Shown piece after piece: positions 11,215 through 18,200 of a DNA stretch of 20,000 bases. The stretch's first letter is position 1, and each line of letters begins with the position of its first letter. The translations under genes were made by a program, and so were the position numbers. Below the pieces are notes generated by a model, which saw only the letters and a program-made list of their open reading frames with translations, was not told the DNA's origin and did not search any database. Origin of the DNA: an uncultured virus (IMG/VR IMGVR_UViG_3300021599_002318) (Duplodnaviria > Heunggongvirae > Uroviricota > Caudoviricetes); IMG/VR virus record IMGVR_UViG_3300021599_002318, positions 51,219-71,218 of that record; one strand, given 5' to 3'.

Positions 11215-13353
11215 ATGGCATTATTTGATTATACATTATTAGTAACAGGGGATTGTCAAAATAACGGAAGCGGTGCATTCCAAATCTCTTTCTCAGGTGG
11301 TATAGAACCATATACCGTCCAATTTGTTGACCCTTATTATCCGACGGTTACATTAGCTGAAAATGCGCCAGTAACCAAATCAGGATTATTTAGTTCAGTC
11401 GTCCTAATGACTGTGAATGATAGCACTTTACCAACAAATCAAGAAATTAATGTTAACATACCTATTTCGAGTGGAGTGTGTTGTAGTGTTCTCGGTGTTC
11501 AGAACACCACTTGTGCTGAAAACAATGGTTCTGTTACTGGTTCCTCTAATACGATTTATTCTTCTGCAAATTATTCTGTCTTCTCAGGTGACGGAACACT
11601 TGTTCAAACTTTCCTTTCAAGCAACCCAACCGTAATTTTTGAAAATCTTTCGGCCGGAACATATTACTTGGCCGTTAGTGATTTAGGTGGATGCTCAGGT
11701 TTTAGCCAAAGTTTTATCGTTGAACAATCTCTTCTCACCAACTACGGTTTATATTCCATACCTAATTCGAGTTGTGGAGGAACCCCGATTGGTAAGATAA
11801 TGGTCACGGGACTAACGGGACAAGGACCTTTTACTTATTTGTGGTCTAATGGTCAGACAGGTGCAACTGCAACAGGATTGACTGAAGGATTATATTCGGT
11901 TGAAGTTAAAGATGGTTTTGGTTGTGTAAACATAAAAGATGCTGCTGTCGTCAACGTCGACCAAATGGGTGCGTTTTTCACAACAGAAACCAATCCAAGT
12001 TGTTTCCAAAGCGATGGCTCAATTACTCTCACAATAACAGGTGGAAGTCAACCATATTATTACTCCGCGTCAACAGGCCAAGTTCTCATATCATATGCTC
12101 AAGATTTTACGATATCAGGATTATCTGCTGGTGATTACAATTTCTCAGTCACAGATGCTGGACTGTGTCAAATATTCACGGGGACTACTTTACTAACACC
12201 AAACGGGATGAGTTCTGTAAGTGTTGTTGGAACTAATTCTTATTGTTCAAGTAATGATGGATTGATAACTGTCACAGTTATAGGAGGACAAGGTCCCTTT
12301 ACCTACACCTTGGTTGGCGACGGAGGAAACCAAAAAATTATTGTAGGACAACAACAAATTCAAACCTTTGAGAATTTATCTGCGGACACTTACTCAGTAT
12401 TTGTTGAGGATTCTACAGGATGCCAATTTAGTCAAGAAGTGATAATATTGGCAATTAATAAATTCACACTTTCAACAGAAATCACAGGAACAACGTGTAA
12501 TCAAAACAACGGAAGTGTAAGAATTACTACATCACCAGGATATACTCTACCATTGGATTATTCAGTTGATGGAATATTGAATGTTGTTGATACAAATTTA
12601 ACAGCGGTAACATTTAATAACTTAACTTTTGGAAACCATGTTGTTACTGTTACTGACTCAACGGGATGTCAACAAACTCAAACAATTTTCATCCCAAAAG
12701 GAGACAACTTAGATTTTAGTTTATATAGTATTAATTGTGGCTCAGGAAACGATGGTCAAATTACCGCATTCATCACTTCGGGCACACCACCATTCCAATT
12801 CAATTGGTCAAATAACGTCCCATCTAACCCTCAACAAATTGAAGTTTACAATTTGACAGGAGGAACATACAGTCTTTCTATTGTTGATGCAAATGGATGT
12901 TCACTTTCACGCTCAACAACAATTACCTGTGACACCAACTATACATCTTATCAGTGTTATGTTATGGGAGAAGAAATCTTTAACATAGATTCCCCAACTA
13001 AACTCGGTTTACTACAAATGTTAAACGAGGGTTACGCTGATTTGACGCAAGACAATACAAACTGTGATTTGATTTCTGCAATATTCACAGCTAAAGTCAA
13101 TGTCAACCCAGCGGGGTTGAGTGCATCAAGCACTTTCTTCACAGCAACGACTCTGAACAATCCGCCGGGTGATAATTTATGGTATGATACTATAAAGAGT
13201 CTACTACTTTCCATACCAGGAATTTTGACTGTAACAATAGACCAAATAAACAACCAAATAACAATTGCAACTAACCCGGCAAACAATTCATTGAATGGTC
13301 AAGAAATTGTTGTGGAGTTGTCGATTGTTTATGATATAATTTGTTTAACATAA
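11215..13353 (+). CDS. SprB-repeat protein (7 Cys-bracketed beta-sandwich repeats) plus a C-terminal domain; putative tail adhesin
   Basis: Repeats follow C-x(3-5)-G-sItvtvtGG-x-P-Y/F-tY...-L-saGtY-sV-tV-tD-anG-C, e.g. GPFTYLWSNGQTGATATGLTEGLYSVEVKDGFGC and NLTGGTYSLSIVDANGC. This matches the Bacteroidota SprB repeat. The first repeat is degenerate, and no signal peptide is evident. Confidence 0.8.
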   Translation: MALFDYTLLVTGDCQNNGSGAFQISFSGGIEPYTVQFVDPYYPTVTLAENAPVTKSGLFSSVVLMTVNDSTLPTNQEINVNIPISSGVCCSVLGVQNTTCAENNGSVTGSSNTIYSSANYSVFSGDGTLVQTFLSSNPTVIFENLSAGTYYLAVSDLGGCSGFSQSFIVEQSLLTNYGLYSIPNSSCGGTPIGKIMVTGLTGQGPFTYLWSNGQTGATATGLTEGLYSVEVKDGFGCVNIKDAAVVNVDQMGAFFTTETNPSCFQSDGSITLTITGGSQPYYYSASTGQVLISYAQDFTISGLSAGDYNFSVTDAGLCQIFTGTTLLTPNGMSSVSVVGTNSYCSSNDGLITVTVIGGQGPFTYTLVGDGGNQKIIVGQQQIQTFENLSADTYSVFVEDSTGCQFSQEVIILAINKFTLSTEITGTTCNQNNGSVRITTSPGYTLPLDYSVDGILNVVDTNLTAVTFNNLTFGNHVVTVTDSTGCQQTQTIFIPKGDNLDFSLYSINCGSGNDGQITAFITSGTPPFQFNWSNNVPSNPQQIEVYNLTGGTYSLSIVDANGCSLSRSTTITCDTNYTSYQCYVMGEEIFNIDSPTKLGLLQMLNEGYADLTQDNTNCDLISAIFTAKVNVNPAGLSASSTFFTATTLNNPPGDNLWYDTIKSLLLSIPGILTVTIDQINNQITIATNPANNSLNGQEIVVELSIVYDIICLT

Positions 13354-13679
13354 TGGTTCAGGTAAGAATAACAGAAATCACAGGGGGCACTTTTCCAATA
13401 CAAGCTTTTATATCCGACATATACGGAAATAATCAGTTTTTACTTGGTACAATTAGTGGAGTTCCACCAACTGTTTATTACAATACAACTATTCCTACAA
13501 TATTTCAGACCGCACCTGAAATCATGTTACGTTTGGTTGATGCAAATGGATGTGAGTCAGTAAAAATACTAGATTGTACATTTGGTTGTACTTTCAATAT
13601 TACAGTTGAGCTCGAGAGTTGTGTTGTAAATATAGACATTCAAAATGCTGTATGTGGATTCAATATTATTTGTACATGA
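13353..13679 (+). CDS. Small Cys-containing protein resembling a single SprB-like module (108 aa)
   Basis: The likely start is ATG 13353 in a TAATG overlap (MVQVRITEITGGTFP), not TTG 13341. It shares ITGGxxP and VDANGC with repeats of the upstream gene. Confidence 0.7.
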   Translation: MVQVRITEITGGTFPIQAFISDIYGNNQFLLGTISGVPPTVYYNTTIPTIFQTAPEIMLRLVDANGCESVKILDCTFGCTFNITVELESCVVNIDIQNAVCGFNIICT

Positions 13680-13730
13680 TAAAGTATTTAATAATTTTTC
13701 GTTTCGAGATATTCAAATAGATAATCGTGG

Positions 13731-13738
13731 TATTTATT
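13731..13738 (+). promoter_or_regulatory. TATTTATT motif, candidate late promoter element
   Basis: Lies 13 nt before ATG 13752. A variant, TATTTAAT, is at 13685-13692 in the same gap. Confidence 0.4.
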
Positions 13739-13751
13739 AAAAAAACCGCGG

Positions 13752-15239
13752 ATGTCCCTTTATAATATTTTTTGTGTCAATACTGCTGAAGGTTGTAATA
13801 CAGTAGTTACGCAACAGGTCTCGGTTACGGGATGTGTCACTTACATTGTAAGATTATCTCAGAATTCTAATGCCTTAGGTCCATTCGATATCTATTATGG
13901 GACTTCGACCTACCTTTCAGCCGCAACTCTTTATGCCTCTGCACAGACAAGAACCGAAATGTTCAACGGAGTTGTTATTACATTTGAATGCGTTACCCCT
14001 ACACCTACACCTACTCCTACTGTAACACCTACGTTTACACCTACACCAACAAATACAGGAACCCCTAATTCTACACCTACAGAAACACCAACAACAACAC
14101 AGACTCCAACAACTTCAGAGACTCCAACACAAACTCCAACTGAAACTCAGACACAAACACCAACTCCAAGTATAACTGCAAGCCCTGGTCAAACACCAAC
14201 TGCAACAGAATCGCCGACCCCAACACAAACGGAGACACCAACAACAACTCCTACACCGACCCCTTCTACTTCTGAAACTCCTACACCAACACAGACGGGA
14301 ACTCCAACCGAAACCCCATCACAAACACCTACAGAATCACCTACCGCAACACCTGGTGAGACACCAACTCAAACTCCAACTGAAACTAACACACCAACAC
14401 CATCTGTAACACCAAGCGAGACGCCTACAGAGACTCCAACCCCAACAAATACTGAGACTCCAACACAAACACCTACGCAAACTGAAACTCCAACCGCAAC
14501 ACCGACAACAACACCTACAGCTTCAAGAGCATATTGGGAATATTCATTAGGTTATGATTTATCTAGCTCATTAACATCGTGTGGTAATTTTTACTCATCA
14601 CCAACTAACTTCTACAGTGGACCTGGAGATGGACCTGGACCTAACATTGGGGAAACTTTATATACTGATTCGGCTCTTACAACACCAGCACCTGACGGAT
14701 ACTATTCCAACGGTGTTGCTTGGTATAGAGTTACAGGCGGAGCAGGTCTAATCACAAGTTCGGACCCTAACGGATGTTTGATATCTCCGACTCCTACTCC
14801 AACAGAAACTAACACACCAACTCCAACAGAAACTAACACACCAACTCCAACAGAAACTAATACACCAACCCCTTCGTTTACTCCTTCACCAACAGCAACT
14901 CCATCCGTATTTGAGATTTTAATTATAACTCAAGATGGTCAAGAATTAATTGCTCAAAATGGTGACCCAATTGGTGCTCAACAAGAAATTACATCATTCT
15001 TAGTTTCATCAGGGGAAACAACACAACCAATATGTATAGACCCACAAACGTTGGGTCAAACAATTTACAGTCCATCGAATGATTGGTATAGTGCAACGAG
15101 ATTCTTTGCAGACAGTTCATTCAATACGCCTTTCAACGGGAATAATTATTGGTATACCAACAGCACCGACTCTCTCACAGGATATTGGCAAATAGATAGT
15201 GATGGATTTGTTGTCGGAGGACTATGGCAACCATGTTAA
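13752..15239 (+). CDS. Thr/Pro-rich (mucin-like) stalk protein with two related Cys-bracketed globular domains; putative fibre/adhesin
   Basis: Architecture: N-terminal domain, ~175 aa TPT(E/Q)TP linker, domain A, short TP linker, [13 protein letters not shown] motif, then domain B ending WQPC. Confidence 0.8.
   Translation: MSLYNIFCVNTAEGCNTVVTQQVSVTGCVTYIVRLSQNSNALGPFDIYYGTSTYLSAATLYASAQTRTEMFNGVVITFECVTPTPTPTPTVTPTFTPTPTNTGTPNSTPTETPTTTQTPTTSETPTQTPTETQTQTPTPSITASPGQTPTATESPTPTQTETPTTTPTPTPSTSETPTPTQTGTPTETPSQTPTESPTATPGETPTQTPTETNTPTPSVTPSETPTETPTPTNTETPTQTPTQTETPTATPTTTPTASRAYWEYSLGYDLSSSLTSCGNFYSSPTNFYSGPGDGPGPNIGETLYTDSALTTPAPDGYYSNGVAWYRVTGGAGLITSSDPNGCLISPTPTPTETNTPTPTETNTPTPTETNTPTPSFTPSPTATPSVFEILIITQDGQELIAQNGDPIGAQQEITSFLVSSGETTQPICIDPQTLGQTIYSPSNDWYSATRFFADSSFNTPFNGNNYWYTNSTDSLTGYWQIDSDGFVVGGLWQPC
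13995..14519 (+). repeat. Degenerate Thr-Pro coding repeat
   Basis: ACN-CCN-rich run encoding [13 protein letters not shown] over about 175 codons. Confidence 0.9.
14796..14867 (+). repeat. 24-nt tandem repeat x3 (TPTETNTP)
   Basis: actccaacagaaactaacacacca at 14796, 14820 and 14844, with one C>T in the third copy. Confidence 0.95.
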
Positions 15240-15265
15240 ACCAAATAAAAAAGATTAATAGAAAA

Positions 15266-15273
15266 TATTTATA
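15266..15273 (+). promoter_or_regulatory. TATTTATA motif, candidate late promoter element
   Basis: Lies 4 nt before ATG 15278 and is identical to the motif at 7300-7307. Confidence 0.4.
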
Positions 15274-15277
15274 AGCT

Positions 15278-18200
15278 ATGGCAACAACAAGAATAACGGA
15301 TTTACCTATAGTCCTATCGGCAGCCCCAGACGATAGGTTATATATAGTTACAGACTATACTGGAGGCACATCAGGAACTTCGGGGCAAATTACGTTTTCA
15401 GCCTTGACGGAAAGTATAACAGGAGGAACATCAGGGACTAGTGGAACATCTGGTTCAAGTGGTTCATCAGGAATCGACGGGACTTCTGGCTCAAGTGGTA
15501 TCAACGGAACTTCTGGTTCGAGTGGAACATCTGGGGTAGATGGCACTTCAGGAACAAGTGGTTTAGACGGAACATCAGGCTCTTCTGGAACTAGCGGAAT
15601 AGACGGAACATCAGGAACTAGTGGAATTGATGGAACTTCAGGAACAAGCGGATTAGACGGAACATCCGGAACTTCTGGTTCGAGTGGAACATCTGGAATA
15701 GATGGCACTTCAGGAACAAGTGGAGTAGACGGAACGTCTGGTTCAAGTGGCATAGATGGAACCTCAGGAACTAGTGGAATTGATGGAACCTCAGGAACTA
15801 GTGGAATTGATGGGACATCAGGAACAAGTGGATTAGATGGAACATCTGGTTCTTCTGGAACAAGCGGTTTAGACGGAACATCAGGGACTAGTGGAATTGA
15901 TGGGACATCAGGAACAAGTGGAATTGATGGGACATCAGGTTCTTCAGGTTCATCTGGTTCTAGTGGAACAGATGGTTCTTCAGGAACTAGTGGAACATCA
16001 GGTTCATCTGGTTCCAGTGGAACAGATGGAACATCAGGAACTAGCGGAATAGACGGAACATCTGGGACTAGCGGAATAGACGGAACATCTGGGACTAGCG
16101 GAATAGACGGAACATCTGGAACTTCAGGAATTAGTGGAACTTCAGGCTCAAGTGGTTCGTCGGGAACAAGTGGAACATCAGGTTCATCAGGAACAAGTGG
16201 TATCGATGGAACATCAGGTTCATCAGGAACAAGTGGTATCGATGGAACTTCAGGAACTAGTGGTATTGATGGAACTTCAGGAACAAGCGGATTAGATGGA
16301 ACTTCTGGAACAAGTGGTATCGATGGAACATCAGGTTCTTCAGGAACTAGTGGTATTGATGGAACTTCAGGAACTAGTGGTATTGATGGAACTTCAGGAA
16401 CTAGCGGAACATCAGGTTCAAGTGGTTCTTCAGGAACTAGCGGAATGGACGGAACTTCAGGAACTAGTGGAACATCGGGTTCATCTGGTAGCTCAGGTTC
16501 TTCAGGCACAAGTGGAACATCAGGTTCATCTGGTTCTAGTGGAACAGATGGTTCTTCAGGAACTAGTGGAACATCAGGTTCATCTGGTTCCAGTGGAACA
16601 GATGGTTCTTCAGGAACTAGTGGAACATCAGGTTCATCTGGTAGCTCAGGTTCTTCAGGCTCAAGTGGAACAGACGGTAGTTCAGGAACTAGCGGAATAG
16701 ACGGCACTTCAGGAACAAGTGGGACATCAGGTTCAAGTGGTTCTTCAGGCACAAGTGGAACATCAGGTTCTTCTGGAACAAGTGGGACAGACGGCACTTC
16801 GGGAACTAGTGGAACTTCAGGTTCATCTGGCTCAAGTGGGACAGACGGCACTTCGGGAACTAGCGGAACCTCAGGTTCAAGTGGTTCATCAGGAACTAGT
16901 GGAACATCAGGTTCATCTGGTAGCTCAGGTTCTTCAGGCTCAAGTGGAACAGATGGTAGTTCAGGAACAAGTGGAACATCAGGTTCATCTGGTAGCTCAG
17001 GTTCTTCAGGCACAAGTGGAACATCAGGTTCATCTGGTAGCTCAGGTTCTTCAGGCTCAAGTGGAACATCAGGTTCTTCTGGAACTAGTGGAATAGACGG
17101 AACATCAGGTTCAAGTGGTTCTTCAGGGACTGATGGGACATCAGGCTCGAGTGGTTCTAGTGGATTAAGTGGAGTAAACGGAACATCAGGAACAAGTGGC
17201 TCATCTGGAACTTCAGGTTCATCAGGAACATCTCCATTCAAAGGAGCTTATGTATCGGGAACAACTTATATGGATGGCGATATGGTTATAGATGGTTTAT
17301 TTTCATACCAATCAACTATAAATAATAATACAAATGAACCATCTTCACTTAGTGGTTGGATTTTATTAAATGGCCTTGATGGTTCATCAGGAAGTTCGGG
17401 AACAAGTGGTTCTTCAGGAATAAGTGGAACTGATGGAACATCAGGAACAAGCGGAACTTCAGGTTCGAGCGGTTCATCTGGTTCATCAGGGACAAGTGGA
17501 ACATCTGGTTCATCAGGAACATCTGGTTCTTCGGGTAGCTCAGGTTCATCAGGAACATCTGGAACAGATGGGACATCTGGAACAAGTGGAACATCAGGTT
17601 CTTCGGGAAGTTCAGGTTCATCTGGGACTAGCGGAACATCTGGCTCTTCAGGAACATCGGGTTCAAGCGGAAGTTCAGGCTCGAGTGGGACATCTGGAAC
17701 AAATGGAACATCAGGAACTAGTGGGACTTCAGGTTCAAGTGGTTCATCTGGTTCTTCAGGGACAAGTGGAACTTCAGGTTCTTCAGGTAGTTCAGGAACA
17801 AGTGGAACTTCAGGTTCATCAGGTTCGAGTGGTTCTTCAGGAACATCTGGAACAGATGGAACATCTGGGACGAGTGGAACTTCAGGTTCATCAGGAAGTT
17901 CAGGTTCATCTGGAACTAGCGGAACATCTGGTTCATCAGGAACTAGCGGAACATCGGGTTCATCTGGTTCGAGTGGCTCATCAGGAACATCTGGAACGAA
18001 CGGAACATCTGGAACATCAGGAATTAGTGCACAATACAGTGGAACTTCAACAACATCAATTGATTTATCAACACTAACGTTAAGTGCTAATACTTCTTTA
18101 ACAACAAGCACTGGTTTATCATATACAATTGCACAACATCTTATTGTTTCTAATTCATTAGCAAATCACTTCCATGGAGATGTTGTAAGTTATGATTCTT

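Noticed and set aside
503..13286. Short nested ORFs (503-745, 2009-2191, 6001-6192, 7996-8256, 8240-8488, 8885-9118, 10516-10716, 11417-11635, 11922-12134, 13032-13286)
   Set aside because: All overlap long, coherent + strand genes, are short, and show no recognisable motifs.
13680..13751. Intrinsic terminator in the largest intergenic gap
   Set aside because: There is no GC-rich hairpin followed by a U-tract, only a 6-bp CCGCGG palindrome next to the start codon.
14532..15239. Diversity-generating retroelement target in the adhesin-like C-termini
   Set aside because: No near-identical template/variable repeat pair differing at adenines and no reverse transcriptase were seen in the window. 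Domains A and B are too diverged to be such a pair.
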